A DNA stretch of 64,000 bases from Candidatus Krumholzibacteriota bacterium (GTDB lineage Bacteria; Krumholzibacteriota; Krumholzibacteriia; JAJRXK01): positions 42,794 to 106,793 of the forward strand of contig JAJRXK010000090.1 in the NCBI GenBank assembly GCA_024276305.1, given 5' to 3'. Position numbers and translations under genes: made by a program. Position 1 is the stretch's first letter; the number at the start of each line of letters is the position of its first letter. Shown here in pieces: positions 1 to 10,227 of this stretch. The notes below the pieces were generated by a model that was not told the origin of the DNA, did not search any database, and was given only the letters and a program-made list of their open reading frames with translations.

Positions 1-1075
1 CTTCCACAAGCGCCGGACGCTCTATGCGCTCCCCGAGGCTCGAGCCGAGTTGGTGCGCACACGTTCGGCCATTCTCGTCGAGGGCTACCTCGACGCGATC
101 GCACTCCATCAGGCGGGTTGGAAGAATACCATCGCTACTTGCGGCACGGCATTCAGCGCGGAACAAGCGCAGGTGTTGAGGCGTTATGTGGATCGGATGG
201 TCTTGGTCTTCGACGGGGATCGTGCGGGTCAGAAGGCGGCCTATCGTTCCGCAGATGTGGCCTTGGGGGTCGGCCTCGATGTTCGGATCGTCCGCCTCGA
301 TGGGGCGAAGGATCCGGCCGACTTGGTCCAATCCGGAGAAGAGGCCTATCTGCAAGGTGCCATCGAGCAGGCGCCGGGACTCGTGGTCTGCATGGCGCGC
401 GAAGTCGAGCAACGCGGCGGTGGTCGCGAGTTGAAGGAGAGGGCTCTGCAGCATCTCAAGTCTCTCATCGCCAAGGTGGAGGATCCCATTCGTGGCGAGT
501 TGCTCCTCCAGGAGGCGGCGGAGGTCTTCCAGGTGCCATCGCAGATCCTGCGGCCCGGCTCGGCGCAGCGGACGGGGGCCTCGGGGGCCAAGGGAGGGGG
601 AACACCCGCTCCGGTGACCTCCGAGTTGGAGAGTTCTTTGCTGAGGTCCGCCATGGCTTCGCGTACCGCGCGACGGTTGCTGATGGAGCGGATCGATTCG
701 ACAGCCTTCGGAGATCCTTCGGCGATCGAAGTCTTCGAATTACTACGAGACCTGAACGAGGAGAGAGAATCCATCGAGATCGCGGACTTCGAATCGGCTT
801 CGGCCGGGGCCCAGAGTCTGGCGGCGCGCCTCCTGCGCGAGCGGCCAGGGGAGGGCTTCGATGCGGTGGCCGAGATCCAGACCCGTCTGCGGGGCTGGGA
901 AGCTCAGCGAGAGAAAGACCAGCGACAGGCCCAGACCCAGGAACTCGACCTTCGATACGCCTCCGGAGACCAGTCATGGAGGGAAGAATTGCGAAGGAAG
1001 GCCGAGCAACTGAAGCGGGAAGACCACCCCACGGATTCTGATCACACGGCCCAGCGGGGGGACGAACCTCAGTGA
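1..1075 (+). CDS. dnaG: DNA primase DnaG, C-terminal part; the 5' end lies upstream of the window
   Basis: Frame is open from nt 2 to TGA 1073-1075. Toprim-like motifs [13 protein letters not shown]...[14 protein letters not shown]. Stop overlaps the rpoD start (GTGA), as in the conserved dnaG-rpoD operon. Confidence 0.8.
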   Translation, partial: FHKRRTLYALPEARAELVRTRSAILVEGYLDAIALHQAGWKNTIATCGTAFSAEQAQVLRRYVDRMVLVFDGDRAGQKAAYRSADVALGVGLDVRIVRLDGAKDPADLVQSGEEAYLQGAIEQAPGLVVCMAREVEQRGGGRELKERALQHLKSLIAKVEDPIRGELLLQEAAEVFQVPSQILRPGSAQRTGASGAKGGGTPAPVTSELESSLLRSAMASRTARRLLMERIDSTAFGDPSAIEVFELLRDLNEERESIEIADFESASAGAQSLAARLLRERPGEGFDAVAEIQTRLRGWEAQREKDQRQAQTQELDLRYASGDQSWREELRRKAEQLKREDHPTDSDHTAQRGDEPQ

Positions 1076-2826
1076 AGAAAAAGGAATTCGACGGACTCAT
1101 TTCGCAGCTCGCCAAATTGGCGAAGCGGCGGGGTGGATACGTCCTCAACGACGAGATCAACGAGCTCTTGGTCGACGACTTCGACTTTTCCGAGCTCGAC
1201 AGGATCTATGACCGGCTGACCGAAAAGAAGATCGAGTACTTCGACGACGAAGACACGGCCAAGGTGAAGATGGAGCTCAAGGAGCGCCGTCGTCTCAAGA
1301 AGCTCCAGGCCGAGAAGAAGCTCTCCAAGGGGAACGTCAAGTATGACGATCCCGTGCGCATGTACCTCCGCGAGATGGGCAAGGTCCCCCTCCTCGACCG
1401 GCAGGGCGAGGTGCGTTTGGCCAAGCGCATGGAAGACGGTCAGCTGCGGGTGATCGGCGCCATTCTCCAGAGCGAGCGCACCTACGCGGAGTTGCGGTCC
1501 ATCGCGGATCGACTCGGGCGTGACGTGCTCACCGTCGACGAGGTCATCCAGACCGATGCGAGCACCTGGAACAGCAATACCACCTCTCGCAAGGAAGCCC
1601 AGCGCTTCGAGCGCGGACTCGACAAGATCCAGAAGATGCGGGAGGAGATTCAGGCGGCGGAGCAGGAGCTCCGGTCGAAGCCGAAGGATCACCGTCGCAA
1701 GGTGCTGGAGAAGATGATCGAGGGTCGCCACGCCAAGATCCTCGAGGAGTTTCTCAATCTGAAGCTCAACATTCGGCAGATCGAAGCCATCAGCAATTCC
1801 CTGCGGGTGGTGTTGCAGAAGATCGACAACACCCGGCAGCAGATCCAGCAGTGCGAAGACTTCGTGGGTATGGATTCCAAGCAGTTGGCCGATGCGGTCA
1901 AAGAGCTGCAGAAGTCCAAGAAGAAGGTCCACGTGGTGGAGGGCAAGGGAGAGTTCGAGGTCAAGGACCTCGTCGACATCCAGAACAAGATCCGGTCGCT
2001 TCGGGCACGGATCAGCAGTGTGGAGGGTGAAATCGGCCTTCCCACCGAAGTCCTGGAAACGCTGGTGGCCGAGATCGACGCTGGAGAGCGTCAGCTGCAG
2101 CAGGCCGTGAAGCAAATGATCGAGGCCAACGTGCGCTTGGTGATTTCCATTGCGAAGCGATATACCAACCGCGGTTTGGAATTCTTGGACCTGATCCAAG
2201 AGGGCAATAGCGGGTTGATGCGTGCGGTCGAGAAGTTCGACTACCGCAAGGGTTACAAGTTTTCGACTTATGCCACCTGGTGGATCCGCCAGGCCATTAC
2301 TCGGGCCATCGCGGATCAGGCTCGGACCATTCGCGTGCCCGTGCACATGATCGAGGCGATCAACAAGGTCAATCGGGTGAGTCGGCAGCTGCTGCAGGAA
2401 CTCGGACGCGATCCCACCGCGGGAGAGATGGCCAAACTCCTGGACATGCCCGAGGACAAGGTCAAGCAGGTCATGAAGGCGAGCCTGGAACCGGTCTCCC
2501 TCGATCGCCCCATCGGTGAGGACGAGGACAGCAACCTCGGGGACTTCATCGAGGACGAGTCGGCGCCGAGCCCGGCCAAGCAGGCGGCGCACTCCATGCT
2601 CGAGGATCGGATGGGGAAGGTGCTGTCGACCCTGACCCGTCGCGAGGAGAAGGTCATTCGTCTGCGTTTCGGACTCGGGGATGGCACTCCGCGCACTCTC
2701 GAAGAGGTGGGAACGATCTTCAAAGTGACTCGCGAGCGGGTGCGCCAGATCGAGGCCAAGGCCTTGCGCAAGCTCCGGCACCCCAGCCGCAGTCGCAAGC
2801 TCAAGGGCTACAGCGAGATCATCTGA
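1072..2826 (+). CDS. rpoD: RNA polymerase primary sigma factor (sigma-70 family)
   Basis: 584-aa ORF with acidic N-terminal region and conserved sigma regions 2-4 (…[54 protein letters not shown]…, [27 protein letters not shown]). Lies immediately after dnaG. Confidence 0.93.
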   Translation: MKKKEFDGLISQLAKLAKRRGGYVLNDEINELLVDDFDFSELDRIYDRLTEKKIEYFDDEDTAKVKMELKERRRLKKLQAEKKLSKGNVKYDDPVRMYLREMGKVPLLDRQGEVRLAKRMEDGQLRVIGAILQSERTYAELRSIADRLGRDVLTVDEVIQTDASTWNSNTTSRKEAQRFERGLDKIQKMREEIQAAEQELRSKPKDHRRKVLEKMIEGRHAKILEEFLNLKLNIRQIEAISNSLRVVLQKIDNTRQQIQQCEDFVGMDSKQLADAVKELQKSKKKVHVVEGKGEFEVKDLVDIQNKIRSLRARISSVEGEIGLPTEVLETLVAEIDAGERQLQQAVKQMIEANVRLVISIAKRYTNRGLEFLDLIQEGNSGLMRAVEKFDYRKGYKFSTYATWWIRQAITRAIADQARTIRVPVHMIEAINKVNRVSRQLLQELGRDPTAGEMAKLLDMPEDKVKQVMKASLEPVSLDRPIGEDEDSNLGDFIEDESAPSPAKQAAHSMLEDRMGKVLSTLTRREEKVIRLRFGLGDGTPRTLEEVGTIFKVTRERVRQIEAKALRKLRHPSRSRKLKGYSEII

Positions 2827-2910
2827 TGACCGGAGGAGGTGGCCGGAGGGCCGGCCACCGTCTCTTGACCGCAATGGGGTCCGGTGTTAGTTTGTCGGGC
2901 CTGTTCTCTG

Positions 2911-2982
2911 GGGCCCATAGCTCAGCGGTAGAGCAAGCGGCTCATAACCGTAAGGTCCCAGGTTCGAATCCTGGTGGGCCCA
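2911..2982 (+). tRNA. tRNA with CAU anticodon (elongator Met or Ile2/lysidine type; not initiator-like, as G1-C71 are paired)
   Basis: Cloverleaf read directly: acceptor GGGCCCA/TGGGCCC, D stem GCTC/GAGC, anticodon loop CTCATAA, T arm CCAGG-TTCGAAT-CCTGG, discriminator A. Confidence 0.85.
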
Positions 2983-2991
2983 GATTCGGGT

Positions 2992-3068
2992 GGGCGATTA
3001 GCTCAGCTGGCTAGAGCGCTCGCCTCACACGCGAGAGGTCACTGGTTCAAGTCCAGTATCGCCCACCA
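2992..3068 (+). tRNA. tRNA-Val (anticodon CAC), CCA encoded
   Basis: Acceptor GGGCGAT/ATCGCCC, D stem GCTC/GAGC, anticodon stem CTCGC/GCGAG with loop CTCACAC, T arm ACTGG-TTCAAGT-CCAGT, followed by ACCA. Confidence 0.85.
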
Positions 3069-3255
3069 TCACGCTTCGTGGTTCGGGCTGCGGAGCGTGG
3101 GCGGAATCTGGGCCCACACGATGCCATGCATGATGGCTCCGGCCGGATGGCCCGAGCCCTGGAGAGTGATCGCCACGACCGCGGCCCTGAAGAACGAAAG
3201 TCATCGGTCCCAGCCGTGCCTGCGGCTCGGGGCCGATCTCTGGCCAGATTGCACA

Positions 3256-3291
3256 GGAGGGGTGAGCCAACGGCGACCCCTCCTTTTCTTT
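3256..3291 (+). terminator. Rho-independent terminator downstream of the tRNA pair
   Basis: 8-bp GC-rich stem GGAGGGGT / ACCCCTCC with a 12-nt loop, followed by the T-tract TTTTCTTT. Confidence 0.6.
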
Positions 3292-3374
3292 GGTGGGTGG
3301 TTTCGGGCCGCCGGCCTTCCCTCCTCTGTCTGCCTCGATCCGACGCGTCCGACCCGCCACCTAGGAGCCCGCCC

Positions 3375-4103
3375 TTGAACAGCAGCGTTGATCCCCGAGT
3401 TCTCAGCAACCTCGCCTCCTTCGATCACGACGTCACCGAGCATCGGGTGGCCATCGGCAGCGGGCGGCAGCGTGAGAAGTTGCTTGAGCAGACCAAGATC
3501 GAGCTCGCTGCCCAGAGCGAGGAACGGCGCCACGAAGTGGAGGAGCTGCGTTCGACCAACCGCAAGCTGGAAGCCGAGATCGAGGACCTCAAGTCGCAGG
3601 CGAAGCTCCACCACGGGCGCCTCAACGAGATTCAGGACACCCGAGAGTACCGTGCCTTGAACGAGGAAGTGCGCTATCTGAGGCAGCAGGCCGAGAACAA
3701 GGAGGAGCAGGTTCTGGCGAATCTGGAAGTCATCGAGGCGGCCGAAGACGAGTGGCAGAAGGCCAAGGTCGCCCTGGAGTCCAAATTGGCCGAAACCGAG
3801 GCCGAAATGGAGCGAATCGTGAGGGAGCGCACCGAGCACGAAGCGGAACTGCAACGGGCCGAAAGCGCCCTCGAGCAGTACTTGACCCAGGTCGACGAGG
3901 CCACGGTGCGATTCTACCGTCGTCGGGTTGCCCGCCAGCAGCAGCCGGTGGTGTGGATGGACAAGGGAGCTTGCGGTAGCTGTCACACCAAGCTCACGGC
4001 CCAGGGCCGGATCGAAGTGCTCAATGCCAAGAAGCTGGTGATCTGTGGGACCTGTGGCCGAGTGGTGGTGGCCCCGTTGGTCCAAGACAGCGAGGTCCAC
4101 TGA
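3375..4103 (+). CDS. COG1579-type coiled-coil protein with C-terminal C4 zinc-ribbon domain
   Basis: Long coiled-coil heptads followed by CGSCHTKL...CGTCGRVVV (two CxxC pairs). The track ORF (3078..4103) would overlap tRNA-Val, so the start is trimmed to the in-frame TTG at 3375, giving about 243 aa, typical for the family. Start is uncertain. Confidence 0.6.
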   Translation: MNSSVDPRVLSNLASFDHDVTEHRVAIGSGRQREKLLEQTKIELAAQSEERRHEVEELRSTNRKLEAEIEDLKSQAKLHHGRLNEIQDTREYRALNEEVRYLRQQAENKEEQVLANLEVIEAAEDEWQKAKVALESKLAETEAEMERIVRERTEHEAELQRAESALEQYLTQVDEATVRFYRRRVARQQQPVVWMDKGACGSCHTKLTAQGRIEVLNAKKLVICGTCGRVVVAPLVQDSEVH

Positions 4104-4107
4104 TCTC

Positions 4108-4746
4108 GTGACCAAGTCCGATGACCTCGCCCTCGCATTCCTGAAGGCGCTCGCGGAGGGATCCGCCTGGGAAGAAGCTCTCCGAGACACCGGACTCGAC
4201 GATTCCTCGGCTCGGTCCTTGCTCTCCCAAGTCGTCTCTAGGGTGTCCACCCCATCGGGGCGGTCCTCTCGTCGCCGAACTCGGCAAAGTGCTCCTCTTC
4301 TGCCCGCTCCTCCGAAGGAGTGCCCCTTTCCGCCTTCGGCCACGGTGGTGGCCCATGCGGATGGGGCCAGCCGGGGCAATCCCGGCCCGGCCTCCTACGG
4401 TTGCGTCTACCTCGACGAGGAAGGACATCCGGCCTGGGGAGAGGCGAAGTCCATCGGGGTGGCCACCAACAACGTCGCGGAATACCGGGGGTGCTTGGCG
4501 GCCCTCGAACGCTTGGTGCAGTGGGGGGTGCGGCGGGCGGTGGTGCGTCTGGACAGTCAGCTGGTGGTGCGCCAATTGAGTGGGCAGTACCGGGTCAAGG
4601 ACGCGACCCTCAAGGGTTGGTACGACAAAGTCCGGGCCGTGGCGGCGAGACTCGAGCAGGTGCGTTTCGAGCACGTGCCCCGCAAGGACAATGCGGAGGC
4701 GGATCGAATGGCGAACTCGGCCCTCGATGCTCCGGCTTCCGGCTGA
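4108..4746 (+). CDS. RNase H-like (RNase HI/reverse-transcriptase-like fold) protein
   Basis: C-terminal domain ADGASRGNPGPASYG...GVATNNVAEYRGCLAALERL...VRLDSQLVVRQLSGQYRV...FEHVPRKDNAEADRMAN matches the RNase H catalytic-core pattern. GTG start at 4108, 5 nt after the zinc-ribbon gene stop. The zinc-ribbon/RNase H pairing is a known conserved arrangement. Confidence 0.65.
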   Translation: MTKSDDLALAFLKALAEGSAWEEALRDTGLDDSSARSLLSQVVSRVSTPSGRSSRRRTRQSAPLLPAPPKECPFPPSATVVAHADGASRGNPGPASYGCVYLDEEGHPAWGEAKSIGVATNNVAEYRGCLAALERLVQWGVRRAVVRLDSQLVVRQLSGQYRVKDATLKGWYDKVRAVAARLEQVRFEHVPRKDNAEADRMANSALDAPASG

Positions 4747-4799
4747 TCTTTGCGCGACGCTGGTCATGCCGGTCGCGACCCGCTAGATTCTACCCTCCA

Positions 4800-5190
4800 T
4801 GCGAGTGGGAATCGGACAGGTGGCCGCGGGCTCCGCTTCGGAGCGCGAGGAAAGTCCGAGCACCAAAGGGCAGGATGCTGGGGAAATCCCAGGGGGAGCA
4901 ATCCCACGGAAAGTGCCACAGAGAAGAGACCGCCTAAGGAAGCCTCGGCTTCCCGGCAAGGGTGAAACGGTGGGGTAAGAGCCCACCGCCTCTCCGGTGA
5001 CGGAGAGGGCACGGTAAACCCCATCTGGTGCAAGACCGAATAGGGGGGGAGAGGCGGCCCGCCTCGTTGGACTCCCGGGTAGGTCGCTGGAGCGGAGGGG
5101 GAACCCTTCGCCTAGAGAAATGGTCGCCGCCCCGAGATTCGTGAGAAGCTCGGGGGACAGAACTCGGCTTATGACCGGTTCCCACTCGCT
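4800..5190 (+). ncRNA. rnpB: RNase P RNA (bacterial type A)
   Basis: Universal RNase P RNA blocks read directly: GGAAAGTCCGAGC (P4 5' strand), GGGTGAAACGGTGGGGTAAGAGCCCACC (P10-P12 region), ACAGAACTCGGCTTA (P4 3' strand). A P1 helix pairs GCGAGTGGGAATCGG (about 4801) with CCGGTTCCCACTCGC (about 5176-5189). Ends are approximate to within about 5 nt. Confidence 0.88.
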
Positions 5191-5217
5191 AGAACCTTCT
5201 CCGCTTCTCCCCACGGA

Positions 5218-6945
5218 GTGCCGATGCCCGACGGTGCCTGGCAACTTCCCGACTTCGAGGATGCCGAAGAACTCTCGGCTCTGCACCCGCACTGCGGATT
5301 GTCGCCGGTCGCGCTGCGGATACTGGCTGGGCGGGGAATGCTCGATCAGCTCGAGGATTCGCGGTGGGACGGAGCCCACGAGGCCTTCGTGGATCCCTTC
5401 GATCTCCCGGACATGGAGCGGGCGGCCGAGCGCATCTCTCGGGCGGTGGACCGCGGCGAACGGGTGGTGGTCCACGGTGACTACGATGTCGATGGCATCA
5501 GTGGTACGGCACTGCTCACCGGTGGCTTGAGACGACTGGGAGCGGTGGTCCAGCCCTTCGTTCCGGATCGGATCAAGGACGGCTATGGAGTTGCGGATCG
5601 CTTGGTGGAGCGTGCGGGCGAAGCCGGGGTGAAGGTTCTGATCACCGTGGATACCGGAAGCAGCGCGCGCACGGCCCTGGGACGGGCGCGGGAGCTGGGC
5701 ATCGATGTCGTGGTCTGCGATCATCACCTCCTCGAGCCCGATCCTCCCGCGGCCTTTGCCCTCATCAATCCCCACCGGAGTGGCCACTCCTATCCTCACA
5801 CCGATCTCTGCGGCTGTGCCGTCGCGTGGAAGCTCCTCGGCGCGGTGCATCAACTGCGGAATCTGGATCAACCCCTGCGCGAACTCGATCTGGTGGCATT
5901 AGCGACGGTCGCGGATCAGGTTCCTCTCCGCGGGGAGAATCGGGCCCTGGTCCGGGCCGGGCTCGAGATCCTCCGGGAGAGGCCTCGTCCCGGCCTCGGC
6001 GCCCTCCTCGAAGTGAGCCGACTTTCGGGAGTGGAATTCGACGAGTCGTACCTGGCCTTTCAGCTCGCACCGCGGATCAACGCCACCGGGCGGATCGAGA
6101 CGCCTCGCACCGCCTTGGCCCTCCTGTTGGCCGAGGACGGGGGAGAGGCTCGACGCTTGGCCGCGCGGACCGACGACCTGAATCGTCAGCGGCGCTCCGT
6201 GCAGCAGCGGGTCAGTGCGGCGGCGAAAGAACTGGCGCAGCGGCGGCTGCTTCGGGGAGAGAGCTCTGCTCTGGTCCTGGCCGATCCCGCCTGGCATTTC
6301 GGAGTGGTGGGAATCAGCGCGGCCCAGGTGGCCGGAGATTTCGATCGCCCCACCGTTCTCCTCGCAGTGGATGGGTCGGTGGCCCGGGGGAGCGCGCGCA
6401 GTGCGAGGGGCGTCGACCTCAAGGCCGCCCTCGATGGATGCTCCGACCTTCTCCTCCGTCACGGAGGGCACGCGGCGGCGGCCGGCCTGCAGATCGACAC
6501 TTCGAAGATCGACGCCTTTGCCACCCGATTCGAGGAAGTGGTCGCGCAAATGCCTCAGGACCTCGGCCACCGGGGACCACGCGTCGATGCGGTGGCCCGG
6601 CTGGGGGAGATCGATCGGGATTTCGTGGACTTCCAACGCCGTCTGGGCCCCTTCGGGAATTCGAATCCCGAACCCCGCCTGCTTTCCCGCGATCTCCGCA
6701 TCGTCTCGGCGAGGACGGTGGGCGCCGATCACCTTCGGCTGCAACTCTCCGATGGCAGCGATTGCCGGGACTTCATCGGCTTCTCCATGGCCGAACGGTG
6801 GTCTTCGGAATTGCGCGGCGCCTCGGGGCTCGATGTGATCTATAGTGTGCGCTATCGGGAGGGGAGCCCTTTCGATCCCTGGCAGTTGCAGGTGCACGCA
6901 CTGCGTGCTTCGACGTCGAAGCTTCGGACGGGGGAAGCAGGATGA
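5218..6945 (+). CDS. recJ: Single-stranded-DNA-specific exonuclease RecJ (DHH/DHHA1 family)
   Basis: DHH motifs VVVHGDYDVDGISGTALL, ITVDTGS, VVVCDHH. Length 575 aa. Confidence 0.88.
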   Translation: MPMPDGAWQLPDFEDAEELSALHPHCGLSPVALRILAGRGMLDQLEDSRWDGAHEAFVDPFDLPDMERAAERISRAVDRGERVVVHGDYDVDGISGTALLTGGLRRLGAVVQPFVPDRIKDGYGVADRLVERAGEAGVKVLITVDTGSSARTALGRARELGIDVVVCDHHLLEPDPPAAFALINPHRSGHSYPHTDLCGCAVAWKLLGAVHQLRNLDQPLRELDLVALATVADQVPLRGENRALVRAGLEILRERPRPGLGALLEVSRLSGVEFDESYLAFQLAPRINATGRIETPRTALALLLAEDGGEARRLAARTDDLNRQRRSVQQRVSAAAKELAQRRLLRGESSALVLADPAWHFGVVGISAAQVAGDFDRPTVLLAVDGSVARGSARSARGVDLKAALDGCSDLLLRHGGHAAAAGLQIDTSKIDAFATRFEEVVAQMPQDLGHRGPRVDAVARLGEIDRDFVDFQRRLGPFGNSNPEPRLLSRDLRIVSARTVGADHLRLQLSDGSDCRDFIGFSMAERWSSELRGASGLDVIYSVRYREGSPFDPWQLQVHALRASTSKLRTGEAG

Positions 6946-9176
6946 TCGCCGGTTTCGGTGGCGGAAGCGACGAGCTCGACTTCGAGGGGCGCATGCGTGC
7001 TCTGGTCGAACGCGTCCGCGGCTATCACGCAGAAGCGGACTTCGAGAAGCTCTGGCGGGGCTTCCATCGGGCGGTGGACGCCCACGAGGGTCAGAAGCGC
7101 AAGAGCGGCGAACCCTACTTCACCCACGTGCTCTCGGTGGCGGAGATTCTGGGCTCCCTGCGCATGGACGTGGATACCATCGTCGCTGGTCTGTTGCACG
7201 ATGTGGTCGAAGACACTGCGGTGGGCCTGGACGATCTGCGGGAGTCCTTCGGAGAGGACGTGGCCCTGCTCGTGGACGGGGTCACGAAGATCAACGAGAT
7301 CCGCTACGAGAATCCCGAAGCCCAGCAGGCGGAGAACTATCGCAAGATGCTCCTGACCATGGCCAGGGATGTTCGGGTCATCCTGATCAAGCTCGCAGAT
7401 CGTCTGCACAACATGCGCACGATCTCGTCCTTGCGCCCCGATCGGCAGGCGGCCATCGCCCAGGAGACCCTCACCGTCTACGCGCCCTTGGCCCATCGTT
7501 TCGGCATCGCCCGGATCAAGTGGGAACTCGAAGACCTCGCCTTCAAGGCCCTCCACCCCGAAGAATATCAAGTCGTACTCGAGGGGATCGCGCAGCGGAG
7601 GGGTGAGCGCGAGAGCGTGATCGAGCGGTTCCAGACCAAACTTCGAGGCCATCTCGCCAATGCGAAGATCGAGGCGGAGATCCAGGGTCGGGCCAAGCAC
7701 TTCTATTCCATCTGGCAGAAGATGGTGAGGAGGAATGTCCCCATCGAACAGGTCTTCGACCTGCTGGCGATCCGGGTGGTGGTGGAGGAAGTGGAGTCCT
7801 GCTACCACACTCTGGGAATCGTGCACGCTCATTGGCGACCGCTGCAGGACCGGCTCAAGGACTACATCGCCACTCCCAAGAGCAACATGTACCAATCCCT
7901 TCACACCACGGTCCAAACCGCGGGTGGCCACCTCATGGAAGTGCAGATTCGCACCCAAGAGATGCACCGGCGAGCAGACTACGGCATCGCGGCACATTGG
8001 TTGTACAAGGAAGGAGGTCAGAGCGGGGACAGCGACCGGCTCGACGAGCAGATGCGATGGTTCCGTGAGGTGCTCGAGTTGCAGCAGGACGTGAACGATC
8101 CGCGAGAGTTCATGGAGGCCCTGCGCATCGACCTGTTCCAGGACGAGGTCTTCGTCTTCAGTCCGGCCGGCGATGTGTTCAAGATGCCGCAGGGGTCGAC
8201 CCCTCTCGACTTCGCCTTTCATGTGCACAGCCAGGTGGGTCTTCGGTGCACCGGAGCTCGGATCGACGGGAAGCTGGTCTCGTTGCGCCACGTATTGCAG
8301 AGCGGAGAGACCGTCGAGATCTTGACGCAGAAGAATGCCTCTCCCAGCCCCGGTTGGCTGGAGATCGTGCGCACGAGCAAGGCCAAGCATCACATCCGTC
8401 ATTGGCTCAAGGCGACCCAAGTCGACGAGTCCATCAAACTCGGGCGTGAGATGCTCGAGCGCGAACTCAAGAAGAAGAGGGCCAAGGTCAAGCTCGACAC
8501 GGCCCTGGTGGAGGTGGCGCAGGATCTCGGCCACACCGATCCCGATCGTCTGTTGGCGGGGATCGGATCGGGCAGCGTTCCGCTCACCAAGGTCGTCCAC
8601 AAACTGCTCCCCGAGGAGAAGGCCAAGCCCAAGGTCCACATCGCCCTGCCCGCGCGGTTGCGGCAGGCTCTCAACCGGCGCAACGAGAGCGTGGTGCGGA
8701 TTCAGGGTTTGGGGAATCTGATGATTCGATTCGCCAAGTGCTGTCAGCCCGTTCCCGGCGATCCCATTCGGGGGATCGTCACCGTGGGTCGTGGGGTGAG
8801 CGTGCACCGACAGGATTGTGAGAATCTCGGACCGGGGCGAGTCGATCCGGACCGCCTACTCGATGTGAGTTGGGACGTGGGCGAGGGTACGACCTTTCCG
8901 GTGCAGTTGGTGGTCGCAGGTCACGATCGTCTGAACTTGCTGGCGGACATCTCCCGGGTGATCTCCGAACTCGGGTGCAACATCCAAGCGGGAAGCTTTT
9001 CCGGAGAACACGAATATGCCTATTGCACATTTCTGGTGGAGGTCCGCAACCTCAGCCATCTCGGCCAGATCCTCAAAGCCATTCGCAAGTTGCCTGGAGT
9101 GACGCGCGTGGAGCGGGCCGCGATCACTCTCGAACCCGATGGAAATGGCCCCGCTCCGGAGGAGACGCAGCATTGA
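6942..9176 (+). CDS. relA: Bifunctional (p)ppGpp synthetase/hydrolase (RelA/SpoT homolog)
   Basis: HD hydrolase motif YFTHVLSVAEILGSLRMDVDTIVAGLLHDVVEDT, synthetase domain, TGS and ACT-like C-terminus. 744 aa. ATGA overlap with the recJ stop. Confidence 0.92.
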   Translation: MIAGFGGGSDELDFEGRMRALVERVRGYHAEADFEKLWRGFHRAVDAHEGQKRKSGEPYFTHVLSVAEILGSLRMDVDTIVAGLLHDVVEDTAVGLDDLRESFGEDVALLVDGVTKINEIRYENPEAQQAENYRKMLLTMARDVRVILIKLADRLHNMRTISSLRPDRQAAIAQETLTVYAPLAHRFGIARIKWELEDLAFKALHPEEYQVVLEGIAQRRGERESVIERFQTKLRGHLANAKIEAEIQGRAKHFYSIWQKMVRRNVPIEQVFDLLAIRVVVEEVESCYHTLGIVHAHWRPLQDRLKDYIATPKSNMYQSLHTTVQTAGGHLMEVQIRTQEMHRRADYGIAAHWLYKEGGQSGDSDRLDEQMRWFREVLELQQDVNDPREFMEALRIDLFQDEVFVFSPAGDVFKMPQGSTPLDFAFHVHSQVGLRCTGARIDGKLVSLRHVLQSGETVEILTQKNASPSPGWLEIVRTSKAKHHIRHWLKATQVDESIKLGREMLERELKKKRAKVKLDTALVEVAQDLGHTDPDRLLAGIGSGSVPLTKVVHKLLPEEKAKPKVHIALPARLRQALNRRNESVVRIQGLGNLMIRFAKCCQPVPGDPIRGIVTVGRGVSVHRQDCENLGPGRVDPDRLLDVSWDVGEGTTFPVQLVVAGHDRLNLLADISRVISELGCNIQAGSFSGEHEYAYCTFLVEVRNLSHLGQILKAIRKLPGVTRVERAAITLEPDGNGPAPEETQH

Positions 9177-9625
9177 GGGTTGTGCTCCAACGAGTGACCG
9201 AGGCATCGGTGAGGGTCGAGGGGAGCGTTCGGGGTAGGATTGGACCGGGGCTTCTCCTGTTGGTGGCTTTCCGCGCGGACGACGACGACCAAGTACTGCG
9301 GTGGATGGCTCGCAAGTGCGCCGATCTGCGGGTGTTCGGTGATGAGGCCGGGAAGATGAATCGCAGCCTGCGAGAGGTCGAAGGCGCGCTGCTGGTCGTG
9401 AGTCAGTTCACCCTCTACGGAGACGCACGCAAGGGACGGCGTCCGAGCTTCGTGCAGTCGGCTCCCGGCGAACAGGCCCAGAAGCTCTACGAACGATTCC
9501 TGCAGTGCTGCCGCGACGAAGACCTGGTGGTCGAAGCGGGGGTATTCGGGGCGCAGATGGATGTCCAGCTCCACAACCATGGGCCGGTGACCCTCATTCT
9601 CGATCGGGAGGCGACATCGGCATGA
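9173..9625 (+). CDS. dtd: D-aminoacyl-tRNA deacylase
   Basis: MRVVLQRVTEASV...SQFTLYGDARKGRRPSF is the Dtd signature (SQFTL, GxRPSF). TTG start overlaps the relA stop (TTGA). Confidence 0.85.
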   Translation: MRVVLQRVTEASVRVEGSVRGRIGPGLLLLVAFRADDDDQVLRWMARKCADLRVFGDEAGKMNRSLREVEGALLVVSQFTLYGDARKGRRPSFVQSAPGEQAQKLYERFLQCCRDEDLVVEAGVFGAQMDVQLHNHGPVTLILDREATSA

Positions 9626-10227
9626 GCCATCCCTTTCTTCCCGAACTCCATCGACCGCTGATCCTGGCCAGCCAGAGCCCGAGGCGTCGTCAGCTCCTCG
9701 AAATGCAGGGCTTGGACTTCGAGGTGCATGTGTCGGAGGTGGTCGAGGCCCCGGAGGTCGGCGAACGGCCGGTGGCCCACGCCCTTCGCCTGGCTTCCGC
9801 CAAAGCGCGGGTGGTCTCCGACCAATATCCCGAACATGTGGTCCTCGGGGGGGACACCATCGTGGTGGTCGAAGATCGGATCCTGGGCAAGCCCGCCGAT
9901 GAGGAGGAGGCGGCCGAGATGCTGCGCCAGCTCGGGGGACGGGACCACGAGGTCATCAGCGCAGTGGCTCTGCACTGCGGGGCCGCATCATTCTGGCGCA
10001 CGGACTTCGACCGGACTTCGGTGCGCTTCCGTTCGCTCGAGGAGGAGGAGATCCTCGCCTACGCCTCGTGCGGAGAAGCTCTCGACAAGGCCGGGGCCTA
10101 CGGCATTCAGGGGGTGGGCGCGCTGATGGTGGCTTCGATCGAAGGCTGCTACTTCAATGTGATGGGCTTGCCGTTGCAGTGCCTGCGGCGGTTGTTCTGG
10201 GGATTCGTGAAGGAGAGTTCGCCATGA
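9622..10227 (+). CDS. maf: Maf-like nucleoside triphosphate pyrophosphatase (septum formation protein Maf)
   Basis: LILASQSPRRRQLL...GGDTIVVV...YGIQG matches Maf family motifs. ATGA overlap with dtd. Confidence 0.85.
   Translation: MSHPFLPELHRPLILASQSPRRRQLLEMQGLDFEVHVSEVVEAPEVGERPVAHALRLASAKARVVSDQYPEHVVLGGDTIVVVEDRILGKPADEEEAAEMLRQLGGRDHEVISAVALHCGAASFWRTDFDRTSVRFRSLEEEEILAYASCGEALDKAGAYGIQGVGALMVASIEGCYFNVMGLPLQCLRRLFWGFVKESSP

Noticed and set aside
1069-2874. 601-aa minus-strand ORF antisense to rpoD.
   Set aside because: Shadow ORF typical of high-GC DNA, with a Leu/Arg/Gly-rich low-complexity product. The plus strand encodes an unmistakable sigma-70.
3078-3374. N-terminal 99 codons of track ORF 3078..4103.
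   Set aside because: They overlap tRNA-Val and the terminator hairpin. The conserved zinc-ribbon protein length is satisfied from TTG 3375.
4783-5871. 362-aa minus-strand ORF covering rnpB and the recJ 5' end.
   Set aside because: It spans a structured RNA gene and runs antisense to recJ. Its composition is typical of wrong-frame translation.
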